A stretch of DNA of 63,114 nucleotides, counting the filler, from Octopus bimaculoides (taxonomy: Eukaryota): the NCBI RefSeq assembly GCF_001194135.2. It is 5 parts of 5 records of this genome, joined end to end, with 100 filler letters (N's around TTAATTAATTAA, not from the genome) between each part and the next. Parts side by side here need not be neighbours in the genome. Positions count along the whole stretch, not along the records: positions 31,073 to 40,272 come from NC_068983.1; positions 40,373 to 54,134 come from NC_068984.1; 3 more parts are not named here. One strand, written 5' to 3'. Below, one piece after another: positions 38,481 to 50,775 of the stretch. Each line of letters starts with the position of its first letter. The stretch's first letter is position 1. Position numbers and translations under genes: made by a program. The notes under the pieces are model-generated. The model was not told the DNA's origin, did no database searches, and saw only the letters and a list, made by a program, of their open reading frames with translations.

Positions 38481-39500
38481 AAAACGACAGTGTTATTGTA
38501 AAAACGATTAATGGAAGACATGGTTATGGATGATGTGGGCGTTATTCTGTGTATCTATGAAGAGGCATTAAGTAGACTCTTCTGGACGCTTTCCAGAATT
38601 AGTACAACTGAGCTACCAAGGGACAATACTTGTCTGTGAGAAGATGGCCAGTTGGACATAACTGACGAATGTTCGTACTGATAAAACCCTTTCACATATT
38701 ATCATTGTCTATTAATCACTTACATGAGACTGACCTAAATTGAAACAGTTGCTACGAGATGCTGGACAAATCCAATTGTCCTTTGGATCCATAATGAAAC
38801 ATCAGTTACCCCTCACTTTTTCATATAGAAGACCGGGCAGTGTTGTTGTGCCTGCAGGCTATAAGAGTTAGGAAGATGGATAAATGAAGTCGAGAAATTT
38901 GCACTTACACCGTTTACCTCCAAACAATCACCAAACTTCTACCAGTATCACTGATAAGGAAAGTAGAGAAGAAAAATTATCTGGAATCCAGTAAATTCTA
39001 TAAAATGTGAATGGCAGTAGCAAAAATCTTATGAATGGATCCACGAGTTCATTGATAAAGCAATTTGAGAAAAAGACATTGCAGATCAGTAGCAGACATA
39101 AGAAGAAATATATATANNNNNNNNNNNNNNNNNNNNNNNNNNNNNNNNNNNNNNNNNNNNNNNNNNNNNNNNNNNNNNNNNNNNNNNNNNNNNNNNNNNN
39201 NNNNNNNNNNNNNNNNNNNNNNNNNNNNNNNNNNNNNNNNNNNNNNNNNNNNNNNNNNNNNNNNNNNNNNNNNNNNNNNNNNNNNNNNNNNNNNNNNNNN
39301 NNNNNNNNNNNNNNNNNNNNNNNNNNNNNNNNNNNNNNNNNNNNNNNNNNNNNNNNNNNNNNNNNNNNNNNNNNNNNNNNNNNNNNNNNNNNNNNNNNNN
39401 NNNNNNNNNNNNNNNNNNNNNNNNNNNNNNNNNNNNNNNNNNNNNNNNNNNNNNNNNNNNNNNNNNNNNNNNNNNNNNNNNNNNNNNNNNNNNNNNNNNN

Positions 39501-39740
39501 CCTCCACCTCGCACATATTCCCCAACCTACCCCTTCCCTCCTTCAAACGAGCCCACAACTTGCGTGACCTCATTGCCCAGTTTCTTCCCTAACCCCACCT
39601 CCCAACCTGGCTCGTTGCCCTACTCCCGGCCACGCTGCCCAACTTATCCCTACCTCCCCGACCACGCTGCCCAACTTACCCTACCTCCCCGGCCACGCTG
39701 CCCAACTTGACCCTACCTCTCCAATACCACCATTATCGTC
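39501..39740 (+). mobile_element. Penelope-like element fragment (RT thumb to Cys linker) with internal triplication
   Basis: IFPNLPLPSFKRAHNLRDLI and PGSLPYSRPRCPTYP resemble F...P...frR..NLRD.L and G..PC.RPRC.tCP. Confidence 0.65.
39618..39722 (+). repeat. About 31-bp minisatellite, about 3.4 copies
   Basis: Unit CCCTACCTCCCCGGCCACGCTGCCCAACTTA starting at 39618, 39648, 39679 and 39711 (partial). Confidence 0.9.
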
Positions 39741-40084
39741 CTTGTGTAAAAGAAATATATGAGCAATAAAACTATAAAACAATATCTCTATAAATATGTA
39801 AAAAAATATATAAAAAGTGTATAAGAAATATAAGTAAAAAGTATAGGGAGATAAAAAGCTTGTATGTGGACACAATATAGAAAGCAAGCCCTATCTGTAT
39901 TCTCGGGGGGACCAAAAACGTAACAAATATTTAGCCACATATGGACATGATCTGAAAAGTTCAGTTCTTCAATTTAGATATGTGGCGGGGTCTAAGCTGC
40001 TTTTCCAGATGAGCCATCTTTCCATATCACAAATCTCACACTGTGCTACCATTTCTGCCAGTTCGCCGCCTTATTTCAGTTTCT

Positions 40085-40250
40085 ATCTTTCAGGCTTCTT
40101 TCAGTTTCTGTCTACCAAATACCCTCACAAGGCTTTGGTTGGCCCTAGGCAACAGTAGAAGACACTTGCCCAAGATGCCACGCTGTGGAACTGAATCCGG
40201 AACGATGTGGTTGAGAAGCAAGCTTCTTACCACACTGCCTCACCTTCACC
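40085..40250 (-). mobile_element. OR-like SINE head/core
   Basis: caggcttctttcagtttctgtctacc...gacacttgcccaagatgccac...cttcttaccacac. Confidence 0.8.
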
Positions 40251-40699
40251 TACATATATATATATATATATANNNNNNNNNNNNNNNNNNNNNNNNNNNN
40301 NNNNNNNNNNNNNNNNTTAATTAATTAANNNNNNNNNNNNNNNNNNNNNNNNNNNNNNNNNNNNNNNNNNNNGTTAATGTCAACCAGAGAAGTTGAATTG
40401 TTGGGAATGTTTTTAACTTGGGTGTAATATGCATTGTTTGAATTTCTTTGAAATAGGAAATATATGTATGTTCACTGGGTTTGTAAAAGAGGGCAAAGCT
40501 ACAGGAAACCAAAAGACGAATGATCACGATAATCAGTCAGCTACTCTAACCTAGTCGTTACTACTCCCCAATGTAGGATTCCTCATCATACAGGTGACAG
40601 GCACAGCTGTAAGATGCATTACGGATGTATAGCAATTGGAAGGACATGACCCAATTGAAATAACAACGTGTGACGTTTGTAGTAAAGGTAAATGAAAGC

Positions 40700-41050
40700 G
40701 TCGCCTCTGGAGTTTGCAAATGACCACTATACCGATAGGTAACTGGACAGAAAAAAATTACAATCAATAAATGTCTTAGAACAAACAGTCACTCATCTGG
40801 GAAGGCCTTGAAATCAATGTTACCAACTGGGGACTATGTGTGACCCAGTGATAATAAAAAGACTCAAAGGAAGTCTGCAACGAAATAATTTTACTCTACA
40901 CTTCGGAAGTGAATCAGTGGAGGTAAAAATGCGTCTCATTTACTTGACAATTTATGCACCACATTGCAGAAATCACAATGTAACTATATTTGAAAGGATA
41001 GTCTTACACTGTTGTACCGTTGAATTAGAAATAATGCTCATCTGTTATGT
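40700..41050 (+). mobile_element. Possible decayed RTE-like RT fragment
   Basis: HYTD, GLEINVT, NFTLHFGS..VEVKMRL in the order of YADD, GL.IN..KT, F.YLGS..EI..RI. Confidence 0.3.
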
Positions 41051-42781
41051 TCGGGCGACCCTATAGCTTCCAATAGTACAACTGTATTCGTCTTTGCTTA
41101 GGAAAAATGACTAAATTGTGGGTGTGAAGTCTCATTGAAGAGGTCTTTGTAACTTTTAAGAAGAAATTTTAGAAATATTACTTCATTTGTGTGTAATATG
41201 TATGGTTAAAATTTCATCAACATCAAAAATATATGAATTTTCATGGGGGTTATGGCCGTTATGCATAGAATATAATTTCGAAATTTCATAAAGATCCATT
41301 CAGTACTTTTGACGTAGTTTTGGATAAAAAAACAAATGACTAATGTGTGTGTTTGTGTGCATGTGTATGTGTGTATGTATGGGTGTATATATGTATAGAT
41401 ATCTGTATGCATGTATATATGTGTACATATTACATGTACATCTATATATATACATCTACACATATGTATACATATAAATGTATGTATATAGATGTATATC
41501 TATATATATATATATNNNNNNNNNNNNNNNNNNNNNNNNNNNNNNNNNNNNNNNNNNNNNNNNNNNNNNNNNNNNNNNNNNNNNNNNNNNNNNNNNNNNN
41601 NNNNNNNNNNNNNNNNNNNNNNNNNNNNNNNNNNNNNNNNNNNNNNNNNNNNNNNNNNNNNNNNNNNNNNNNNNNNNNNNNNNNNNNNNNNNNNNNNNNN
41701 NNNNNNNNNNNNNNNNNNNNNNNNNNNNNNNNNNNNNNNNNNNNNNNNNNNNNNNNNNNNNNNNNNNNNNNNNNNNNNNNNNNNNNNNNNNNNNNNNNNN
41801 NNNNNNNNNNNNNNNNNNNNNNNNNNNNNNNNNNNNNNNNNNNNNNNNNNNNNNNNNNNNNNNNNNNNNNNNNNNNNNNNNNNNNNNNNNNNNNNNNNNN
41901 NNNNNNNNNNNNNNNNNNNNNNNNNNNNNNNNNNNNNNNNNNNNNNNNNNNNNNNNNNNNNNNNNNNNNNNNNNNNNNNNNNNNNNNNNNNNNNNNNNNN
42001 NNNNNNNNNNNNNNNNNNNNNNNNNNNNNNNNNNNNNNNNNNNNNNNNNNNNNNNNNNNNNNNNNNNNNNNNNNNNNNNNNNNNNNNNNNNNNNNNNNNN
42101 NNNNNNNNNNNNNNNNNNNNNNNNNNNNNNNNNNNNNNNNNNNNNNNNNNNNNNGCAAGCTACTTACCACAAAGCCACTCCTGCACCTTAATCTTCTCAG
42201 ATAAATTGCGCTCACAATTTGTAACTGATATTCTAGAATTGGCCAATACGTAAGGTTAGTGGGGTGAAGTTCTTTGAATTTCAAACATTTTTGCTATCAA
42301 CTCAAAAAACAAAAACAAAAACACTTTATAAATCAGTATATTGAAGAATTTACATATATCTTTATTTTTTTTTATTTAAGACATCAATCAGTATATGAAA
42401 AAATCAAAAGGAAACAACTCAAACAATAAAGAAAATTTTATTAAGTTTTAGAATTCGTTTTTATCTTAAACAAATTTACTTCGATTTGTTTTGAGGGTAG
42501 TAAAATAGTTTGAGAACAAAATTTAAAATATAGAGTAAAATAATTATCTAAACCAAAATTGATATTGATCAATTCACAAATGTCCTTGAAAAATTTAGAA
42601 CATGAACCATAATTAGTTTATGGATTTCTACTGATTTCATCGAAATTCATTTCGTTATTAAATACTTAATTATGTACGTTGATTGCATTCCAAAATTTCG
42701 ATGAAACCCATAAAGTAGCTCGGCTTTAATGTCGAGTTATTTCTTCTTTCTACACGAAAGTTATTGGAATAAAAACCGAAT

Positions 42782-42787
42782 TTTATT
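42782..42787 (-). promoter_or_regulatory. Candidate polyadenylation signal AATAAA of the vWA gene
   Basis: First AATAAA on the minus strand after the stop codon, about 150 nt downstream. Confidence 0.45.
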
Positions 42788-42938
42788 ACCTATAGTAGTT
42801 TTAAGTTTAAATTCTCTTATTCTTCAGGGTGTCAGTCAACTAGAAAGAAGAATAGCGTCTACTGTAGAATATTCCAGTAAATGTGTTCATCGTACACCAT
42901 TTTTGTACTGGTGAAAACAGCAAAACCTAAAAGGATGT

Positions 42939-43510
42939 TCAGGATTTCCTCTTATATACTGCGAATACTTTCGGTAGCAACTGGCTGTGTGCTACGTTGT
43001 CGACAAGATACTGATATGTCGGTATGTTGATTAAGTATTTGCTGTGTGGCTGTGTGCTTAATGACACAAGAGCTCTTATGTTTCGCCAACGTCGCTTGCC
43101 AACACTGACCAAATACATTTCAAAACCCGAATCTTTAAAAGCATTAGCTTCGATCAACATATCAGGGGTGATATTCGTTACTGAAGGGTCAATAAAGAGA
43201 ACACCGATTAAGCGTTTTAAATGGTTGCCCTGATCTGCTATACCTTTTTTATATAGTATGTCACCCATTCTCTTGATGACTCCAATTATACCCGAAGACT
43301 TTTTAATTCTTATGTCTTTAGTGAAATTATAATTCTTTCTTTTAGTGAATGGAGATAACGGTATGCTATAATCTTTTGGTAAGTAAGAGTTCGTCACAAC
43401 GCCAAAATATCCGGAAGATTTATTTGGAAGTAATAAATTGATAAACTTGAAGATCATTTTAGTACGATATTCCCCTAGGCTCAAGTAGTCGAAACCAAAT
43501 AACACAGTAT
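42939..43510 (-). CDS. Terminal exon of the same gene: degenerate vWA-like domain, ends at TGA
   Basis: Acceptor ttttacag|AT at 43511/43510, phase 1. DTVLFGFDYLSLG...YFGVVT...LIGVLFID...MYLVSVG shows the vWA beta-strand pattern without DxSxS. Stop at 42941-42939. Confidence 0.85.
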
Positions 43511-43832
43511 CTGTAAAATACAAAAAACAAAAAGAAACAATTACTATAGAAGAAATGGATAAATGGTCATTATATGCTTTCTTATGTAGAAATGTGTGAA
43601 AAGTCTCATCGAGTAAAATCGCGTTTTCCGTGAATCTAGCTGGCAATCCCACTCCTAGCTAGAAAGATTTTACACACGACTATTGCGTCATGTATAATAT
43701 CCAGAACAACATTTGTTCACTGTCCTTTCTTTTTCAAGACAACAAGGTGTGATTAGAGAGTGATATAGCTGCTCTTTCTTAGCGATCGAGCGACGCTGTA
43801 GAAGCATTCTCGTTGGCTCGATTATGAATATA

Positions 43833-45090
43833 CAGGGGTTGGACAAAATAATGGAAACACCTAGCATCATAGCATCATAATTTTGAAATACCCATAAAAC
43901 AGTCAAAAGCTTGTTTATTTTTATGTTTTTTTGATTTATTATTAGTGTTGCTTAATATGGTTTGCTAAAATTGCTATTTCTTTTCAGATATCATCAGAAA
44001 AGCGTAATTAAAATTCATTAAAATGACAGATCTATCGGATTTTCAAAAAGGTCAAATTGTTGGTGCTCGTATGGCAGGCGCTAGCGTAACGAAAACAGCC
44101 GAAATATCTGGTGTATCAAGNNNNNNNNNNNNNNNNNNNNNNNNNNNNNNNNNNNNNNNNNNNNNNNNNNNNNNNNNNNNNNNNNNNNNNNNNNNNNNNN
44201 NNNNNNNNNNNNNNNNNNNNNNNNNNNNNNNNNNNNNNNNNNNNNNNNNNNNNNNNNNNNNNNNNNNNNNNNNNNNNNNNNNNNNNNNNNNNNNNNNNNN
44301 NNNNNNNNNNNNNNNNNNNNNNNNNNNNNNNNNNNNNNNNNNNNNNNNNNNNNNNNNNNNNNNNNNNNNNNNNNNNNNNNNNNNNNNNNNNNNNNNNNNN
44401 NNNNNNNNNNNNNNNNNNNNNNNNNNNNNNNNNNNNNNNNNNNNNNNNNNNNNNNNNNNNNNNNNNNNNNNNNNNNNNNNNNNNNNNNNNNNNNNNNNNN
44501 NNNNNNNNNNNNNNNNNNNNNNNNNNNNNNNNNNNNNNNNNNNNNNNNNNNNNNNNNNNNNNNNNNNNNNNNNNNNNNNNNNNNNNNNNNNNNNNNNNNN
44601 NNNNNNNNNNNNNNNNNNNNNNNNNNNNNNNNNNNNNNNNNNNNNNNNNNNNNNNNNNNNNNNNNNNNNNNNNAAGCATTTTATCTGATCAAATTCATCC
44701 TATGGTTGCGGAACTGTTTCCGGAGGGAAACGCAATCTTTCAGGATGATAATGCACTAATTCACACAGCTAAAGTTGTTACTGAATGGCACGAGGAACAT
44801 TTTAGTGAAGCTGAACATCTTATATAGCCACCACAGTCCCCAGATCTCAATATTATTGAACATTTATGGTGCATTTTAGAAAAACAAATGAGTCGATATC
44901 CTCCACCATCATCACTACAAGAACTGGAGACTGTTTTAGCTGAAGAATGGACAAAAATTCCTTTGGAAACAATTCAAACTTTGTACGAGTCCCATACCTC
45001 GTAGAATACAAGCTGTAATTACTGCGAAAGGCGGTCCTACACCATATTAAAATAATTTGTTTGAAATTTTAAGGTGTTGTCCAATACCTG
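43833..45090 (+). mobile_element. Tc1-family DNA transposon (defective) in an intron of the vWA gene
   Basis: TA|CAGGGGTTGGACAAAATAATGGAAACACCT left TIR; right TIR AGGTGTTGTCCAATACCTG|TA with an internal deletion. Transposase N-terminus MTDLSDFQKGQIVGARMAGASVTKTA and C-terminus IFQDDNA...*PPQSPDLNIIEHLW (premature TAG at 44825-44827). Middle lies in an N gap. Confidence 0.93.
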
Positions 45091-45222
45091 TATATAGGAA
45101 TTACAGACACTTGGCATAAAGAGGATCGAACAAACATTTCATTGTTTCTGCTGTTCATCCTAATTATTAACGCAGAATAAATCAAGATATATCTTAAAAC
45201 AAATATACATAAGTTACTCTAC

Positions 45223-45810
45223 CTGAATTAGTATCCTCTTCATATTCTTTGTGTTCTTTCGTGACATATTTAGGTTTTTTAGTAGGACTGACATGCTTTT
45301 TTGGCGTTGTTTTTTTGTCTTTTTTCGATGCTTCAGTGGGTTCGACGACATACTCTACCTCACCTTCAACAATTTCGTTTCCATTTTTATCGTCTGGTGC
45401 CGTTTTCTTTCCTGGAGATACCTCACTTGAAGCTGTTGGTAAATTCTTCGGCAGAGTTTTATTTTTTTTATTAGGTCGTTTCTTTTTCGATTTTGATTTT
45501 TTGTTTTTCTTTGGTTTTACAGGTTTTTTCTTTGTTTTGGTGTTATCTTTAGTAGATTCGGAAGTATTTTCAGCTAATCCATCGAAATCAGAGTCACTCT
45601 CAACATCCGTCTCAATATCACCATCAATTACTGATTCGATATCAAATTCATTGGTAGTTGAGTTAGTTGTCTTTTTTGAGGTTATTTCTTTCTCATTTGT
45701 ATTTGCACTCTGATAGGATTTTATCTGTTGAAATTGTAAAATAGGAAGAATTGTCGGTGATTCAGGTGCTAATTCACTTCGTTCTTTTCGGCCAGTTTTC
45801 GCGGGGGAAT
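45223..45810 (-). CDS. Exon of the same gene: acidic then Lys-rich low-complexity linker (absent from the ORF track)
   Basis: Acceptor ttttaag|AT at 45811/45810, donor TCAG|gtagag at 45223/45222; 588 nt open by my translation, phase 1-1 (NSPAKTGRKERSE...EFDIESVIDGDIETDVESDSDFDG...KTKKKPVKPKKNKKSKSKKKRPNKKNK...EEDTNS). The track ORF 45249..45713(+) is its antisense shadow. Confidence 0.88.
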
Positions 45811-47688
45811 CTTAAAATATAAAACGATACCAGATTAATGAAATCATTTAGAAAGATAATTGCTGCTAGTTATTTGATTGCTGTAACAGTGGCCTATAGT
45901 GAAACATACGATCATTATACAATTGGTACAGACTATATATAGTCATATTTTTTGTTTTATGGTATTTAGTTAAACGCATTTATGCTCCTAAACTCAGTTT
46001 CAGACGATAGAACTTACCATTAGGCTAATCAACTCTCTTAGATGTTAATGTCATATTGTCTTAATAGTTGTCAATAGAAATTTGTAAAAGAATTATTATT
46101 TTTATTAATCGTATTTATTTATTATTCTATTTGAAAAGGTTTGAAGAGGTCTTCGGTAGATTGAATCCCTCTATAGTATAAATGATATTTATTTTGTAGT
46201 TATCTGCAGTCCTAAACTCAATTCAAGTAGGATTTGAACCTAGAATATAGCAGGACAGAACTAAATAAAAGCATTTCATATGGGGATTTACTGTTACTAG
46301 CATTATAGTTGCATGTTGAAACTTAATACACAATAAGTTCGAATAAGTTATTCCCATGTAACATTAACCTTATCCAGTGGATCACCTCTTTCATTAAATT
46401 GGTTGTTTCTTTAAATATAAATAAACTATGATGAAAGTCGAATAAAATTCTTTGAAAGACTATTACGTCCCTCCAATGCTGAATTTTCTTACACTTATGA
46501 TTAGCCATTTTTGACCAATGCGGTCACCAGATATAGTCAGACATGATTAGAGTTAATGTAAGCTTTTCCCACGTATCAGTCTTTGTAAAGAATATTCTAA
46601 GTTTCTTACAACATGAAGAGAGGCAGTTTGGATTGACTGTAGGACATAAGAACAAAGTTAAGTTTGACCAGCTATGTTTCAGTTACTGGTACTTCGGATA
46701 CTATGCGTTGCAAACGATACGAGAACCCCTCCCCCGTCCAAGAAAATACTAATTAACGTTTCTGAGGGATAAACAATTTGTCGGTGAAAGAAAGCAAGAA
46801 ATTAGAGCCTTATTTTCGATCATCTTAACTGGTCATAATTTGCCACCAAAATTTTGCTTCAAAAACGCAGGTAGATTATAGTACTAATTATAAGTGAAAA
46901 TTTTCAAGAATCACATATCAGTAAGAAAAAGTAAACGTAGCTAAATGATTTCGTTTGAAGATTTTAAACTTAAATTAATAACCGATATCAGTGACATAAT
47001 GTAACAATGGAAATCGAAAACGCCACAAGAAATCAAAATTCTGATATTTTACTGCTTTATACATGCATTACCTTATACTTGCATATAGGTTTTATATACA
47101 CTTTTATATCTTTTTACCTTTTCTACAAAACAATAGCGAATTTGTTAATAGACTGATAATACAAATTTGTTTTCAGAGTTCCTCATTTTCTCTTCCTCAA
47201 TTTAAGTAATCTTGTAGAATTCACATTGTCAAACTTATTGCTTCAAAACTTGTGAATATATATCAAAATGCAAGTATTTAAGATCTTTACATAAGGCAGT
47301 GGATCAGAATCGTCTTATCTGTAATAACTAGAACAAAGGTCATTGTATTTATATACTCATAGTGCGTATAGTGGAAGCAGTATGTGGGCATGCGCTGTAC
47401 CAAAGCGTCGCTGCATCCACCATTTGTTGATGATTCCCTAATCCTGGTGGATGCCTTCTTTGTACTACTCAGAAAATAAACTTCCAACCCATGAGCCTGT
47501 ATGGGTAATCGTTTCTGGTTAGGATTTTACGAGGTCGGAGTGCAAATCCTAACTCAACCTCTTTTGGTTGCCTTTTAGGACATGCAGAGGAAACGCTGGG
47601 TTTATTCTTTGGCATGCCGGTCTCCACACAGTGCGTATCAGACAAATAATTTCCAATTTAGTTTATCAAAATAAATAATAATTCTTAC

Positions 47689-48129
47689 TTGCTCCTCCTT
47701 TATTATCATCTGCTTTTCTTACTGCATCAGATAATTGAAATATGTTTCCGAAGGAGGATATTTTATCAAAGTTTTTTGATGATGGTGTTATCGACTTTTG
47801 AGTACCATTTACCGCCATATCTAAATTCTTAGAATGAGAATCTTTGTTAGTCGAAGAGGGTATCGGTTTTGTAAATCTTGGCGAAGTTTTTGCTTTTAAT
47901 TCTCCGTTTTGAACTGAATTCACCGATGCATAGCTGATTTGTGCATGACTTGCCGGAGCATAATTATCAATTGCACTGTCACTTTTATGTGCTAAACGTA
48001 CTGTTGCAGTCATAAGTGAGGGTGAAGTTATAAGTCGTTGTAACGTAGTAGGAAATATTTCAGTTGTTGTTGTTGCAGCTGATGTAGTTGGTATCGGTGT
48101 TGTCGTTGGCGGTCGAGTAGTTGTTTCTT
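47689..48129 (-). CDS. Exon of the same gene: Thr/Ser/Pro-rich mucin-like linker
   Basis: Acceptor tttttag|AA at 48130/48129, donor GCAA|gtaaga at 47689/47688; 441 nt, phase 1-1, in frame with the previous exon (ETTTRPPTTTPIPTTSAATTTT...KGGA). Confidence 0.88.
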
Positions 48130-48299
48130 CTAAAAATAAAATGAAACAAGAATGAAACAAAAATGTATTCGATAAAATCTTTTTGTATGACATATCATTT
48201 TTGAAACTACAAATCATTGATTATTAGCCATGAAAGGATAAAAGCTGAGATCAATGCAATCGGCTTACATTCTACCCCTAAATCTGATGAACTTGAGTC

Positions 48300-48508
48300 T
48301 GAGATGGCAGAATTGTTTGAGCAGCTGACAAAATAATGTGCGATATTTCTTCTGGCTCTTTACGCTCTGGTTTGAAATCCTGTCAAGAACAACTTTGCTT
48401 TTCATTCATCGGGGTCGATAAAATATAGTACTAGTAAGTACTGCGGTCGATAGCATTAAATAACCCAGTCGCTATAAAATTTCTGGCTTTATTCCTAAAT
48501 CATGGACC

Positions 48509-48565
<57 letters not shown>
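48300..48565 (+). mobile_element. Degenerate Meta-like SINE with (TTA)n tail, in a vWA-gene intron
   Basis: tggcagaattg...tttgcttttcattcatcggggtcgataaaatatagtactag..tactgcggtcgat...(tta)n. Confidence 0.7.
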
Positions 48566-49533
48566 TATTTTTTTTTTTATTTATTTACGCAAGACNNNNN
48601 NNNNNNNNNNNNNNNNNNNNNNNNNNNNNNNNNNNNNNNNNNNNNNNNNNNNNNNNNNNNNNNNNNNNNNNNNNNNNNNNNNNNNNNNNNNNNNNNNNNN
48701 NNNNNNNNNNNNNNNNNNNNNNNNNNNNNNNNNNNNNNNNNNNNNNNNNNNNNNNNNNNNNNNNNNNNNNNNNNNNNNNNNNNNNNNNNNNNNNNNNNNN
48801 NNNNNNNNNNNNNNNNNNNNNNNNNNNNNNNNNNNNNNNNNNNNNNNNNNNNNNNNNNNNNNNNNNNNNNNNNNNNNNNNNNNNNNNNNNNNNNNNNNNN
48901 NNNNNNNNNNNNNNNNNNNNNNNNNNNNNNNNNNNNNNNNNNNNNNNNNNNNNNNNNNNNNNNNNNNNNNNNNNNNNNNNNNNNNNNNNNNNNNNNNNNN
49001 NNNNNNNNNNNNNNNNNNNNNNNNNNNNNNNNNNNNNNNNNNNNNNNNNNNNNNNNNNNNNNNNNNNNNNNNNNNNNNNNNNNNNNNNNNNNNNNNNNNN
49101 NNNNNNNNCACACACACACACACACGCACGCACGCACGCACGCACGCACGCACACAAGCTCTCTCATGCATAAATTTTCTCGAAGTATCTTCAACTTTTC
49201 TCGACCTTTCCCCACGGACTTCTGAAGGAAATAGTTGCTGCTAATGTATGCTGCTAGCAGCTTCAGAAACATCCTCGTTGATAGCTTTTAGCTGTCAGAT
49301 AAAGTTTTTATATTATTTTGTATCTTTTGTATGTTATTTGTGCTCCACTGGGTTTAGAAATATTAAATTATTTTTTTGTAGCATTCATTTTTTTCTGATC
49401 ATATGAATTACTTTTGAGTATATATATATTCATTACGTTATAAACCAGTGTCACCAGATTTTCGAACGACTAAGAAAATCAGAAATGGTTATTAAAAGTA
49501 AAATAATGTAACTTGAAGAAATAAATACATCAC

Positions 49534-50085
49534 CTATACATAAACGGTCCCTGAAAATCTTGGCAATGCCCGTAAGAGCTGCGTAACTGGTGACCTCGTG
49601 AATGTTTCGCTCACTGCTTGCTATTGATCGTAATTCACTCATATCGTATCTGCTGCCAACACCGATTGCATGTACCCTTATGCCAAGTTTATGTATCTTT
49701 AAAGCTTCTTCTTTGGTTTTTTCAGAATTGAGAGACCGCCCATCCGTAATGACGACTGCTATCAATGTGCGATTGCTGTTGCCAATATAAGGTGTCAGTT
49801 CTTCTTGCAGAAGACGAAGAGCAGCAGCAGTATTAGTTTCTCCAGCCTCGTACTTGATTTGGGATATAGCCTCTTTCACTTCGTCACGAGTTGCGTAGCG
49901 ATCAAATGAAAATTTAAGGCGTGCTATATCATTGAATGTTATCACACCTACTCGTACTTGCGACTCGTTCTCTCCTATCTGAAAAGTATCCACAAGACCT
50001 TTAACAAACTTCAGTTGTTGATTAAAGTCTTCTTGCCAAATGCTTGCAGAGGAATCCATGACGAAAAATATATCCCCAGTGCAAC
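49534..50085 (-). CDS. Exon of vWA-domain (matrilin/collagen VI-like) extracellular protein: canonical vWA domain
   Basis: Translation CTGDIFFVMDSSASIW...VRVGVITF...GETNTAAAL...AVVITDG...VHAIGVG has an intact MIDAS (DxSxS = DSSAS, T, D). Acceptor ttttag|GT at 50086/50085, donor ATAG|gtgatg at 49534/49533; 552 nt, phase 1-1. Confidence 0.95.
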
Positions 50086-50775
50086 CTAAAAGCATAGATA
50101 TAGATAAGCAAAATATTATGTATTATATTACAGTAATTATATAACACAAAGGTTAAACAATTATTGCATTACATCAGATTAGGAATGAAGATGAGCATTC
50201 TAAAAGCACAAAGTAGTACGCCTGAATAACAATGGCAGATGCTAAAAATCTGCTGTAACATTTAATTTCAGATACAATTATGCATTTTTAGCAAAAAAGT
50301 AACAACAAACTAATAAAGGAATAGGGACGAAAGAAAATAGTGAGGTCGGTGCTAACATATTTAATGTTGTGAGGCAAGAAATTTTAATGAATTAAAAATT
50401 TCTTGGTTCACTGCATTTTGTATGTTGAACCGACATTAACTAAAAATGAATATTTAAATTAGTGGTATAACATTTAACGTAATTCTCATTATTAATCTAA
50501 TCAGAAATACTCATGTGGTGAAGAAAAAGACAGCATTAGCTCAATAACTAATATTCCCGTGAAGTTTATACTTAGTTAAGGGGTTCTCTAGCCAGGCCGA
50601 TATGTTCGTAATTGCCTCCCGTACATGACAAAAAGAATTAAAATAATATCAATCATTAAACTTAGTTTTGTCTTTCTCCACTGACAAATATTTTCAATTA
50701 GGGTTTTCACGTTCATTGTAGTAAATATCTTAACATTAATATAATTGCTCTGTTTCATGCGGATAACATCTCAAA

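Noticed and set aside
39618-39722. CRISPR-like regularly spaced repeats of about 31 bp
   Set aside because: Units are contiguous with no unique spacers, in a eukaryotic context with no cas genes.
45249-45713. 154-aa hydrophobic Phe-rich plus-strand ORF resembling a membrane protein
   Set aside because: It is the antisense reading of the Lys-rich exon, which has proper splice sites and phase on the minus strand.
50100-50620. Short hydrophobic minus-strand stretches as the signal-peptide exon of the vWA gene (e.g. RFLASAIVIQAYYFVLLECSS, MLAPTSLFSFVP)
   Set aside because: None combines a start or acceptor with an in-frame phase-1 GT donor before a stop.
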